Below are positions 24,390-36,270 of a stretch of 64,000 nt of DNA, in pieces; positions within the stretch are counted from its first letter, which is position 1, and each line of letters starts with the position of its first letter. A program made the translations under genes and the position numbers. The stretch spans positions 12,555,666-12,619,665 of the forward strand of contig JARFYF010000029.1 in assembly GCA_030265395.1 (NCBI GenBank), read 5' to 3'. A model generated the notes under the pieces. That model searched no databases. It was not told where the DNA came from and saw only the letters and a program-made list of their open reading frames with translations. Origin of the DNA: Rhina ancylostomus (taxonomy: Eukaryota).

Positions 24390-24500
24390 CAGAGAGGTGG
24401 GAGTGGGGTGGAGAATTAAAGTGGCAGTGGTGGGAAGCTCTTGCAGACTGAATGAAAGTTTTGTGCAGTGTTCATGCAATTTCCATTTGATTTCTCTAAC
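24390..24500 (-). mobile_element. Penelope endonuclease-region remnant
   Basis: Reverse complement contains gagcttccc..tgccactttaattct (ELP..CHFNS), typical of the Penelope GIY-YIG C-terminal region. Confidence 0.5.
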
Positions 24501-25249
24501 AGAGAAGGGATCAGATCAGAGTCCCATTTGGGGTTATCAGGGCCTCACTTGGGGAATTGGGTCCGGACTTCGTGGGGGTTGGGAACATAAGCAGGGATCG
24601 GACTAGGGATTGGAGCCAGGGTTGGGGGGCAATAAGGGAGTTGGCAGGGCAGAGCAGAGTCAAGGAGCAATCAGGAACTGGGGGACATGGGAATCAATTG
24701 GCCATGCACAGAATCATGGTGGATGGGGTCGGGATCAGGGGGTGGAAGGAGAGGATGCAAGGCAGGGAATCTTCTGCATGGGTCTCCCAGGCTGCTCAGG
24801 AACAGCTGCTGTTTAAATATGATTAAGAGTGCCCAATGTTCAGAATAGTATGGCTAGTTTGCCGGGCAATGCTTACAGGAGCTTTGCAGAGGGAAACAAC
24901 GTCATTTGATTTGTGTCTGACGCAAGTACAAGTCACAACGGGAAGTGCCCAGTTGAATTTCTACATTGGCAGAGACCGCCCTGGAAATGATCAGTTGTAC
25001 TCCACTCTGGAAACAGCCAAGTTCCATGTGAATGGCTCATGGGGAAAAAACAGTGCTGCATATATGAATTTCAAATCCAAATTGTGTGAGGCCTAANNNN
25101 NNNNNNATGTGCACCTGCTTTCCTTAAAGAATTTAATATTCCCTGATATATATTTCTTAATGTAGCTTTTTTAGCATGTGGGACCAAATAATTGATTAGT
25201 CCAAGACAGAATTTGCTCAAAATGTTGCCATAGTCAGGCTTTCATCACA

Positions 25250-25810
25250 GGGCAGGAGACCACAAGAACAATCCAGCCAGTGTCATTGTCCTTCCCTCTT
25301 CCCCATTGCCTAACAACTTCTTCCCTTTCAGGTATGAATCCAATCTTTTTGGATCTTTGCAATGCATTACTAAGGTAGTGCATTGCAAAGTCTAACCACA
25401 AGCTTTTTAAAGCAATTTTCTTCTCATCACTTTTATTTCTTTTGCCAACCTTGTCTGCCTTGCCTCGTCATGATTTTGAATACCTCTGTCTCACCCCCTC
25501 TCTTCCAAAGTGAACAATGCTTGCTCCATGCTACTGAAGCCCCTCATCCCCAAACTCGTACAAGTAAATCTGTTGTGCACTCTGGCTAAGCCTTTAATAT
25601 CTTTCCAAAANNNNNNNNNNNNNNNNNNNNNNNNNNNNNNNNNNNNNNNNNNNNNNNNNNNNNNNNNNNNNNNNNNNNGACTTCTTTGCTCTTGTAATCA
25701 ATGCCTCTATTTATAAAACCCAGGTTCCAGTCTACTTTTTAAACACATTCTCAACCTGCTGTGTCACTTTTAATGGTCCATGCACATATGCCCCCAGATC
25801 TCTCTATACC
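25250..25810 (-). mobile_element. Decayed CR1 3' fragment
   Basis: Minus-strand CR1-like 3' region (ggtagtgcattgcaaagtctaaccac; ctctatttataaaacccagg). Confidence 0.55.
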
Positions 25811-25851
25811 TGTAGGATAAAAGGAACACAAGTATAACATCTTGCATTTAA

Positions 25852-26000
25852 AGACAGGAAACACTGAGAACAGTCAGGCAGATCAGACAACATCTGTGGA
25901 AGGAGAAACAGTTAATGTTTCAGGTTGAAAATCCATTAGAACTGGGATATGGGGGAAGAAAACAAGTTAGTTTTAAGTTGCTGAAAGGGTAGAGGAGGGA
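25852..26000 (-). mobile_element. Penelope terminus with decayed hammerhead
   Basis: catctgtggaaggagaaacagttaatgtttcaggttgaaaatccattagaactgg; reverse complement cagttCTAATGGattttcaacctGAAAcattaactg. Confidence 0.6.
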
Positions 26001-26204
26001 TGGATTCAGTTGTAATCCATGTGGGATGAGGCGGAGCTGCAGACATTTGCTGAGAAAAGAGGTGTGGCNNNNNNNNNNAAGCAAAAGGGTCTGCCATACA
26101 TCCTGCCAGAGAGCGGAGAAGAACACCTTGTGAGGTTGGCGTTCTTGAAAGGGAAGTGGTAGTAAACTCAACAGTAAATGAAACTCAAAGAATGCTGGAA
26201 ATCA

Positions 26205-26688
26205 TTTTGCATTTTTAACTGCCTTTTGTCTGCTTATTTCAACAGCCTGCCCATATAGTCTTGGTGTATTATTATCTTCCTCATCACTCAGGACTCTTCC
26301 AAGTTTTGTCATGTTTGCAAATTGGAAATTGTGCCTTTCCATCCAAGACTGATGATTCTTAAGAAAAGCCCCGGTACTGACCCTTGTGGAATTTCACTCT
26401 CCACTCCTCCTTTCTGAGAACACAACCTTGCCTTTTACTGCGTATTTCCTGTCATTTAGCCAATTTTCTATCCAAGCTGCTATTGCCTCTTTTATTTCAT
26501 GGGCTTCAATCTTGATGACAAGCTTATTTGACGGCACTTCATCAAATTCCTTTTGAAAGTCCATGAATACCATTTCCCTCATTAGCCCTCTGTTACTTCA
26601 TCAAAAATACCATAAATTGAGTTAATTATAATTTGCCTTTAACCCATCAACGTTGGCTTTTTCTAATCAATTCACATTTGTCCAAGCT
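26205..26688 (-). mobile_element. CR1 RT fragment
   Basis: Minus-strand MDFQKEFDEVP..HEIKEAIAAWIENWLNDRK. Confidence 0.8.
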
Positions 26689-28040
26689 NNNNNNNNNNNN
26701 NNNNNNNNNNNNNNNNNNNNNNNNNNNNNNNNNNNNNNNNNNNNNNNNNNNNNNNNNNNNNNNNNNNNNNNNNNCTTTTATCAGGCAGAAAGTGCTGTTT
26801 TGGTGTGATGCTGATGCCAAGCGATATTAGAAAACTGGCAAGTACAACACAGACCCTGGTCTGGAAATTCATGTAACAGGCAAAAACCATTGCTGCAAGG
26901 TGAGCAATGGATTAATCACTTTGGTGCACATTTGGAGAGTTAACAGCATTTGTCAATAAGGATGATGACTTTGGTGTGAGAATTTGCATTGCTTTTCTGG
27001 TGAGCAAGGGCCTCAACAAATGCTCACAAGTTTTCTAACTTTTATAGTAATTTTCAAAATAGCATGTCGGAGGATTGGCACAGTCAAATTTCTAGCTCCC
27101 ACCTTCTGTGTTCTGTCAGAAGGTTTGCAGAATTTGAGTGTTCCAAAATGATTTCATTCCTTGATCTCTCAATTTCTGAACCTGTAAGCTTAAAGACAGC
27201 CATCTTTATTTTCAATTGCTCCTTGGGATTGCAAAACAAATCTGTATAGAGTTAACAAAACACAAAAGCAAATGCAATGGTCTTGAGGTTATTTGAAAGA
27301 TAAGAATCAGTAGCATCAGGGCTCGACAATGTACAACTGAAAGCTAATGAGTGTATTAAGGAACTGAATTCAATGTGTACACTGCCAAAACCCTCCCTCC
27401 AATTCAATTATAACAGATGACCTAGGCCAAAATATGCATCTGTAGATCCAATTGCATTTATTTCTTGGCATCAAAGTATTCTCTGATGGACAGTCAGATC
27501 TATTGCCTACACAAAGTCATGTGATTAAAAGTATATTTTAATATCATACATTTTCATGATTACGTCAAAAGCTTGTACAGGTGCTTTAGCTGTTAAAAGG
27601 GAGTGGAAGCAAGCTGCAGGGAGAATGTTTCACTGACTAATGGAGCACCAACAACTCAGCAATCCTGTGTTGGGCTTCTGAGAGCGAAAGAAAATTGCAT
27701 TTGAAGGCAAAATTGACTCAGTAACTTAAATTTCTCTGCTTGAGCCGAACCTCATTTTTCACTTCAATGTACAATATATCAAATAATTATCCTGAATACT
27801 GCTTGAAGTAAATGCAGTGTGATATATGTATTTTGAATTGTCCAGAATTTGAACAGTTTTGTTATTGCTCAATATCCCCAAACAAGCATGGAAACTAGGA
27901 AACACATGTTTGCAAATCGAAAGGGGCATTTGATAAGCCTTCGCTCTGGGTTTTGGAGTTTTTCATCATATGTCAGCTAACTGGTATTTCCTTTTAATCT
28001 TTCACTGTGCGTGAGCCAGGTCAGTCCAAGGACTGCTGCT

Positions 28041-28110
28041 CAGATAAAAACAGAAGAGGCTGAAAATACTCTGCAAGTCAGCTGGTGTCAGCAGAGAGAG
28101 AGAGAGGCTT

Positions 28111-28144
<34 letters not shown>

Positions 28145-28193
28145 AGAGAGAGAGAGAGTTAACATTTTAGGTCAATGGCCTTTCATCAGAACC
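28041..28193 (-). mobile_element. Penelope terminus with internal (AG)n expansion and decayed hammerhead
   Basis: (AG)n at about 28093-28158; reverse complement of 28155-28193 reads gttCTGATGAaaggccattgacctAAAAtgttaactc. Confidence 0.68.
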
Positions 28194-28334
28194 TTTCATG
28201 CTTTCCTTTCTGCAGACAGTATTTCTATTTCTGCTTTTTCTCATTCCGGAAGCACTCTTAATCTCTCCCACCCCTTCTCCTATTACCTGTGAAAGCCATG
28301 GCCCAATATCTTTAAATCAATGCTTTCAGGTTCT

Positions 28335-28640
28335 ACTTCAGAAACCTGTGCACATGACCTAGGCTGAAACTCCTGTTCAGTACTGATGGAGGGCTGCTCT
28401 GTCTGATGAACTGAGACTTTTTTGCCCTCTCAGGGAGCTGTAGAAGATCTTATAGTCTCATTTGTAGGAAGGCAGCTGAGTTCTCCTTGGTATCCTGGCC
28501 AAGTCTGCTTTATGTTGAATCGACATAAAGCAGACTCGTATATTTCTAGTTGTGAGGCCAGCTCTTGCAAATTAACCACATTTCCCAGGCCTAGAGTTCA
28601 AGGGTGTTATTTAAGATTGCATTTGTTTGAGGCTCAGGGT
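28335..28640 (+). mobile_element. Deu-domain SINE remnant (AmnSINE1/SacSINE1-like)
   Basis: ctaggctgaaactcctgttcagtactga..gccctctcagg..agatct..ggtatcctggccaa resembles the Deu-SINE central domain as recalled. Confidence 0.62.
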
Positions 28641-29019
28641 TCAAACTAGAAAGCCAACCTTGTCCTATAGTGTCTCACCAACCTTCCCATCATTTGCACG
28701 TGGGAGCTGAACCCCTCACCATTCTGCAGAAGGACTTGGCTTCCTGTGACGTTTCCCTTGGTGAAATGACCGTCTGCCACAAACAGCCGGTGTCACTTGC
28801 TGAAGGAGGGTGTGCTGTTGGTGTTTTCACTTCGGGCTGGCTCACGTTCCAATTATAAGGGGTAATGTGCCTAAAAGCAGAGGCTGCAAGCCAAGCCCAG
28901 AAACTGTTGTTATCCCAGCAACGGTTGGTAGAGGAGCCATTGCCAAAGTAACAACCTCCTTAATCCCATATAAATAATGGCCTGAATTTTATCCATCATT
29001 CTGACTGAGAAGTACAGAT

Positions 29020-29550
29020 GCATTAGAAGTCAGATGCCAAAGCCCCCGGACACGCCGCATACAACTGACCAGGCAGCATCAGCAGGGAAAGAAACAGAGT
29101 CGATGGTTTGGCTCTAGGACCCTTCATCAAAACAGGAAAAGTGAGGAAGCAAGTGTGTTTTAAGTCGCAGAGGAATGGAGAAAACAGAGGGAATGTCAGT
29201 GATAAAATGCAGACCAAAGTTGTCAAGGTTACAATTACTTGAAAAAAAAACTGGAAGCTTGAGATGGAAGAAAAAAGAAATTGAAACAGGAAGTTACAAC
29301 CATATCTGTGGAGAGAGCGAGGGAGACAATACAAGGGAGTGATTACCTGAAATTGTTAAATGTAGTATTAATTGCCGTGGGCTGCAACATGTCCAGGACT
29401 CAGGTTTTAGTGTTAATCTTTGCATTTACGGTATGTTGGACATTAATGGTGTATAGGAAGCCAGAAGCAGAGAGATCAGAGTGGGAATTGAACTGATAGG
29501 CAACTGAAAGCTCAGGGTCTCCCTTGTCGGCTGAATCGAGGTGTTGTACT
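29020..29550 (-). mobile_element. Penelope-like 3' end (endonuclease C-terminus, UTR, terminus)
   Basis: Reverse complement near 29340-29372 encodes INTTFNNFR*; decayed hammerhead tTGATGAagggtcctagagccAAA at about 29100-29132. Confidence 0.72.
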
Positions 29551-29621
29551 TATGTCAGGGGTACTAAACCTGATTCTGATTCCGATTCTGACTTAATATT
29601 GAACTTGGCAACATCAGGTGT

Positions 29622-29685
<64 letters not shown>

Positions 29686-30406
29686 NNNNNNNNNNNNNNN
29701 NNNNNNNNNNNNNNNNNNNNNNNNNNNNNNNNNNNNNNNNNNNNNNNNNNNNNNNNNNNNNNNNNNNNNNNNNNNNNNNNNNNNNNNNNNNNNNNNNNNN
29801 NNNNNNNNNNNNNNNNNNNNNNNNNNNNNNNNNNNNNNNNNNNNNNNNNNNNNNNNNNNNNNNNNNNNNNNNNNNNNNNNNNNNNNNNNNNNNNNNNNNN
29901 NNNNNNNNNNNNNNNNNNNNNNNNNNNNNNNNNNNNNNNNNNNNNNNNNNNNNNNNNNNNNNNNNNNNNNNNNNNNNNNNNNNNNNNNNNNNNNNNNNNN
30001 NNNNNNNNNNNNNNNNNNNNNNNNNNNNNNNNNNNNNNNNNNNNNNNNNNNNNNNNNNNNNNNNNNNNNNNNNNNNNNNNNNNNNNNNNNNNNNNNNNNN
30101 NNNNNNNNNNNNNNNNNNNNNNNNNNNNNNNNNNNNNNNNNNNNNNNNNNNNNNNNNNNNNNNNNNNNNNNNNNNNNNNNNNNNNNNNNNNNNNNNNNNN
30201 NNNNNNNNNNNNNNNNNNNNNNNNNNNNNNNNNNNNNNNNNNNNNNNNNNNNNNNNNNNNNNNNNNNNNNNNNNNNNNNNNNNNNNNNNNNNNNNNNNNN
30301 NNNNNNNNNNNNNNNNNNNNNNNNNNNNNNNNNNNNNNNNNNNNNNNNNNNNNNNNNNNNNNNNNNNNNNNNNNNNNNNNNNNNNNNNNNNNNNNNNNNN
30401 NNNNNN

Positions 30407-30795
30407 CCGATTCTGACTTAATATTTACCTTGGCAACATCAGGGGCCCCCCCCCCCCCTTCTCTCTCTCTCTCCGTCTCTCTCTCTCTCTCTCTTTTTCT
30501 CCACCCTGCCCCCCACCTCTCTTCACAGATATGCCTGTACCTTTATTTCATTTTCTGTCTCCAACTGATAGTTTTGAAAGTAAATGTAACTTTGACAAAT
30601 TTGGTCTGCATCCTATCGCTGACATTCCTTCTGTTCTCTAAACTTCTCAAACCCTCTATCACAAGCTTATTCTCTCACTTTTCTCATACTTGACCCCAAC
30701 TGTTGACTCTATTGCTCTCCTTACTGATTTGCCTGGAGTGCTGAGTTTTTGCAGCAATTTCTGTTTTTGATTTGGACTTCCAGCATTTGCAGATT
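30407..30795 (+). mobile_element. Penelope-like 3' end, inverted relative to 29020-29550
   Basis: gtaactttgacaaatttggtctgcatcctatcgctgacattcc matches the reverse complement of 29190-29235; ends ttccagcatttgcaga. Confidence 0.72.
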
Positions 30796-31259
30796 TTTAC
30801 TCCACCGTGTCCTGGGGTGGTTTTATATCTTCTCTAGCTGAGGAGCGGGATGCACTCTGAGTCTTGCCCATCAGCCGTGCTCCACCCATAACTGGCGTAT
30901 ATAGTATGACCCTATTCATTTGAAGAGATATAAGGGATCTTTGGGCATGGGGGCCAGGCAAAAGAAACCACAGCAAGTTGTGGTGGAGCACTAAATTTGG
31001 GGAAGCACAAGAAGCGGAAATTGGAGGAGGTGAAGTTGGCATAGATCATGGAGACAGCAGAAGGGCAAGGGCATGGAATTGCCAGACTACGATTCAGTGC
31101 AGAGCAGCAGGAAGCAAAGCAGTGGATGAATATAACCACCAAATCGCCTGTTAATGATGACTTCACTTGTTCATTTTGAGCTCATTGTCTGCTTCGTCCA
31201 TTGGAAAGTGAACAGACAGTTCATAAACTGACTGCATGATATGCTTTGCCATCAAACAA

Positions 31260-31500
31260 CATGCTTTTCTTCCCCCATTTGGAATTACCTCATAATTAAT
31301 CAAATTAAGCCTGAAACAATTAAATCCCTATAATAATTCTCCTCCTTGCTCACAGCAAAGTTCTCACAATTAATCTTTAATGCAAGGGGAGTCACAGCCT
31401 CACTTGTCAACGTGGAGAAAGTGCGCTACGGATCATTCCAGCAGCAGAGATGTGACAACAGGTACCTTGGATGAATTTAATTAAGATGATTATTTTGGAT
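31260..31500. promoter_or_regulatory. Candidate intronic enhancer / conserved non-coding element
   Basis: Repeat-free block with dense TAAT/ATTA and ACAAT sites (cataattaatcaaattaag, aacaattaaatcc, cacaattaatc). Motif density only; no conservation data. Confidence 0.4.
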
Positions 31501-31599
31501 CCTTGCATGAGCCCACTTTCATTTGTGTGCCTCAAGATGAGGTGTCAGTAAGGAAGTCCAAGGTTTAGTGTTAATCTACATTTCTCATATTTCCTTACA

Positions 31600-31920
31600 A
31601 CATAGAATGAGGCAGTTTGGCTCATTGACTCTTTGCCAACTCTCAGAACAACCCCATTCTCCAACTTATTTCCCTGTGACCTAAACTCTTTCACATGCCC
31701 ATTAACTCTTCTCTAATTGTCCAACCACACACCTACACTATGGGCAATTTACAGCAGCTAATTAACCTGCCAACCAGCACATCATACATGATGAAGGAAA
31801 CTGGAGCACCCAGACGTTTACATGGAGAACACACAAACTCACTGCACACAACACCCTAGATCAGGATCGAACCAGAGTCATCAGAGCTGTGCAGAAACAG
31901 CTCTCCTCGCACCACCACTA
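31600..31920 (-). mobile_element. V-SINE (HE1-like), diverged
   Basis: gggcaatttacagcagctaattaacct..ggaaactggagcaccc..ggagaacacacaaactc..aggatcgaacc. Confidence 0.8.
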
Positions 31921-32214
31921 TTCACTGTTCAGATTATTATTCAGAGCTGTGCAGATGATTTTAAATGCATTAAATGTTTTTTGGACAATAATTTTACCAC
32001 CTCTGACTTATTTTGTTTCAACCAAGAACACATAGTAGTTGCAATTTGATTCTCAGCTAAATGATCCTGGATTCCATAACACTTGAAAAGAAGATTAAAA
32101 CAAAACCAAATATAATGTGAATACTNNNNNNNNNNNNNNNNNNNNNNNNNNNNNNNNNNNNNNNNNNNNNNNAGGTAAATTTATCAGAATGTATCTGGTT
32201 GTGATGTAGATAGT

Positions 32215-33190
32215 TGCATATAAATGACCTGCATGAAAAAGTCCATGGGTGGGTTAGTAAGTTTGCAGATGATACAAACGTTGGTGGTGTTGTGGATAGC
32301 ATAGAAGACTGGCAAAGGATGCAGCAGGATATAGATCAGTTGCAAATATGGGTGGAGAAATGGCAGATGGAGTTCAACCCAGCCAAATGTGAAGTGTTGC
32401 ACCTTGGAAGATCAAATGTAATGAGATAGCACTCAGTTAGCGGCAAGACCCTTAACAGTGTTGATGAACAGAGGGATGTTGGGTCCAAGTTCATAGCTCC
32501 CTGAAGGTGGCTACACAGGTTGTTAGGGTGGTAAAGAAGGCATATAACATGCTTGCCTTCATTAGTCAAGGCACTGAGTTCAAGAGTCAGGAAGTTATGC
32601 TGCAGCTTTATAAAACTTCAGTTAGGCCACATCTGGAGTATTACATACAGTTCTGGTCACCCAGTTATAGGAAGGATGTCAAGTCTTTGGAGAAGGTGCA
32701 GAAGAGGTTTACCGAGATGCTGCCTGGATTGGAGGGCATGTGCTATGAGGATAGGTTAGACAAACTTTGGTTGCTCTCCCTGGAGCAGTGGAGCCTGAGG
32801 GGAGATCTGATAGAGGTTTATAAGATAATGAGAGGCATAGATAGAGTAGACAGCCAGTATCTTTTCGCCAGGGTTGAAATATCTAATACCAGAGGGCATG
32901 CATTTAAGGTGAGAGGGGGTAAGTTCAAAGGAGATGTGAGGAGCAAGTTTTTTTACACAGAGTGGTGGGTGCCTGGAATGCACTGCCTGGGGTGGTGGAG
33001 GCAAATTCGACAGAGGCGTTCAAGAAGCTCTTAGATAGGCACATGAATGTGAGGGAAATGGTAGGATATGGACATTGTGTAGCAAGAAGGAATTAGTTTT
33101 GTTGGGCATTTTATTACTAATGTAATTGGTTCAGCACAACACTGTGGGACGAAGGGTCTGTTCCTGTGCTGTACTGTTCTATGTTCTAGC
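32215..33190 (+). mobile_element. CR1 LINE, 5'-truncated, best-preserved copy in the window
   Basis: INDL..VSKFADDT..WQMEFNPAKCEVLHLG and LAFISQG..RPHLEY..LEKVQKRFTEMLPG..TRGH; tail gttcctgtgctgtactgttctatgttcta. Confidence 0.93.
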
Positions 33191-35227
33191 TCATTGGTTA
33201 AGCATAGTTAAGTGGTAGTGGTGCCCTTGTGGTGTTGCTAGAAACTAGGAGACAAAATGTAGGATGAACCAAATAAAGAGTTCAGGGAAAAATATTGTTA
33301 TACAGAAAATACAATAGTTTAGGCAAGTAGAATAAATGCATTTGGTTGTAAACTAGATAAACTAATGAAAGGGATAAAAGGTATCGTGATAGGACTAAAC
33401 GATATCAGGGAGAGGAGCAGTGTGTGGTACAAACACCAATGTGGATCTGTTAGGTGGAATGACTTGTTCAGTGTTACACAATGTAATGCTATAGCCCCCA
33501 CTGGATTGCATTCTGCTCAACTGCACAGACCAGGAAAGGCCCAGATTTAATTTTACTGTATGATTGTTTCTGGTGTTGCGGTAGATTTGAATGCAAATCC
33601 TGTTGGCAGTAAGAAACAAAATCAATGGTAGTTTCTCACTCCTGGCTGACAACCGAATTGGCCTCAATACTAATGCAGTTGTATTGTCCACAGCCGTCCT
33701 TGCACAGAAAGAATTGCCACTAAACTGAGCTGCCAGAGAATTGTTTGCATCTGTGTATCAAGGCCCACATCATGTATTGTTTGAAAATGAAAAGAATTGG
33801 TCTATTAGGTTTTTCAAGCTGCAGACCATTTAGCACAGCTGTCGATTGCAGGTTCATACACAGCTGTTATCAGTGGTTTCTTGACAAAGCCTTGAAGAGA
33901 ATAATTTCTCTGTTCCGGCAGTTATCAGCATGATCACAGAATTAACAACAGAGCTCTGTGGTGGAGCAACTGGTTGGGTGTTTCAAGCTTATTGTCTCCA
34001 ACATAGTTTAGCGCTCAGAAAATTTGCTGCGATTGATTACTTTTTTGAAGGTTATGATATGGGAAATATACAAAATGACACATAACAGCAGGAAAATGTG
34101 CACATTTAATGACTCTTAAGTTGCTAAATCAGTACAATAAGCTACGTCTATGTTCTTTGAAGCTAAACGTGCCTGGAACCCATCAGTGGCAACAAATTAT
34201 TTGACAGTTTGTGCAATGACATCACAGTACAATCAGAACACCCATCAAGCCTTGGACTACAATTGGATCCTGATCTAATTGCACTCATTAAGAACAAAAT
34301 CCGCTGTTCTCAATGGGGTGCTGGGATAATCTACATTTAGCTTTCTCTCTCTTTGATGTGTCATTGTAATTGCATACTGCTAGTCACATAAATCTCCAGT
34401 TAAACAACACTCTTTATATACCTCATGAGCAACAGTTAAGGAATCAAGAGAAATGCCCAATGTGGTTGAAAGTCCATGTACTCCATCGACCACATTTTAA
34501 TGGTGTCCCTCATGATTCTGATGATAAATGCAGGGCTCAGATTTGAGCTGAATTCTTTAGATGGGCCCCAAACAGAGAGCAAGGCACTGCAATTGCCCAA
34601 ATGAGACAGTAGCCCAGTTGAGAGAGGATGTACATTGATCCACTTTCCCACTGTAAATCTGATGAAGATGCAAGGACATGTTGCCTAGTAACCTTGGCCT
34701 GGAAAGCTCATGCTCACTGTTGCCCTTCAAAGGAAAACATGGGGCATAATTTAAGGGGATCCTTTGTTGGGAAATTGCTGAGAGAAGTTGGCTCCATTTG
34801 TCAAGGTGAGGCCCTCTGAGTCAACAATGTCTTCCACTGTGTAAATGCCATCATGTTTGGAGAGCCAGAACAAGCCATGCCCATTAAACAGCTGAAAAAG
34901 ACTCTGAACACCGTCTGAACACTCAAAGCTACCAATCAAATTATTGCAAAAATGTAAACATTTAGAAAAATTAAAAGGTAAAAAAATCAATCACACTTAA
35001 GTTCACAAGTTCAAGCAATTAAAAATAAGTATAAAAGTAGCAATAAGTATAAAAGTTCCTCTCCATTCTCCCCTCTTGAATTTGGGAAGTTGTCCCTGTG
35101 CCAAATTAAAGCTGGCGCAATTGATCAAATGGATTCCCCATTGCCCAGAGTGTGGAATTGCTGTGGCTTTGCACTCCTGTGCTAGATTCTATGAGGTGTT
35201 CAATGGATCTCTTAAAGTGATGAGTAG

Positions 35228-35400
35228 CCACAGATTCTCCATGGCAGCCAGTACCCACAGATCCTTCACAGTGACCTGTACCCATGGGTCCCCCACAAGG
35301 ACCCATGGTGAACAGTGTCCATGAGTCCTCCATAGCTACCAATAGCCACAGGTCCTCCACAGTGATCGATAGCCTTGGTTTTGTCCACAGCTGTCCATAA
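35228..35400. repeat. Degenerate 27-bp minisatellite, about 6 units
   Basis: Units ccacagattctccatggcagccagtac / ccacagatccttcacagtgacctgtac / ccatgagtcctccatagctaccaatag / ccacaggtcctccacagtgatcgatag. Confidence 0.7.
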
Positions 35401-36049
35401 CTATGGGAACTATGAGTCTGCCACTGTAGCAATGCATTTTCTACATCCTCTGTTGGGTGAGATGGAAGAAAGGCAATAAACCTGGAGCAGGAAGGAAGTT
35501 TGGATCCCAGTTTTGTTTGTCTCCCCACTCAATATTTCTCAGCCAATTAATTTTGCAGAGACAATCCAATGAGTTCATCCTTCCATGGAAACCTACTGCT
35601 CCTCATCACAGTATCCAAGTGACACTTAGATTATTCCAGAACTTTCTTCCCTCTAATCCTGTGTATGAGACCAAGTGAGTAAGTAATTGTACTTTGTGTG
35701 AAGGCATGTGTCCTTATTGCTGAATTTCCATTTCACCAGATTATATACAAATTGCTATGTAGTACAAGTAAATTTATAACAGTGCCAAGATGAACCTTTT
35801 ATAGTTAATATTTTGTATATTTCTGCACACTTTTCTTTCACTCATTTCTTTTTATGACTGAAGACCCTAAGTTTTCCAAACATTATGCCAAAGTTCTCTT
35901 GCATTAACAATTTTACTGATATTTTTAGTACTGTTTTCAGGTTGTAAATATTTCAATGTGCCCTTTCCTTGATTCAGTTTGACGTGAAAGTGTCAAACCT
36001 GTAATCTTAACAAAATGATTCCAGTCATATTGAATCGTATTTGACTTCA

Positions 36050-36270
36050 AAGCATCCTAATGTGCTTTACAGCCAATGAGGACCTTTGATCAAGTAGTTA
36101 TTTTGTAGAGAACACAACAGTGCTGCACACAGTCATGTCCCATAAGCAGCAATGTTAATTATAATCTGGAAAACTGATACTGCTTTGAAGCATCAGCTTT
36201 GAACTGATATTGCTTTGAATATACCGACATCTCTGAAATGGGACTTGAATCTATAACTTTCTGAGTCGCA
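36050..36270 (-). mobile_element. Deu-domain SINE remnant
   Basis: gtgctttacagccaatga..tgcacacag..cccataagcagcaatgt..ataatctg, later gggacttgaatc (reverse B-box-like). Confidence 0.6.

Noticed and set aside
29582-30450. Poly-G run (about 64 G), 389-aa and 267-aa ORFs, and a 35-bp direct repeat (ccgattctgacttaatatt..ggcaacatcagg) on both sides of the gap
   Set aside because: Most simply an assembly or sequencing artefact: overlapping contig ends plus a poly-G read-through at a homopolymer. The ORFs consist of G runs and Ns.
32507-33034. 175-aa ORF as a possible nested or domesticated gene
   Set aside because: CR1 ORF2 C-terminus; the upstream RT part is interrupted by a stop and frameshift and the element is 5'-truncated.
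35228-35400. Spaced repeats as a CRISPR-like array
   Set aside because: Units are contiguous and degenerate with no unique spacers, the context is eukaryotic and there are no cas genes.
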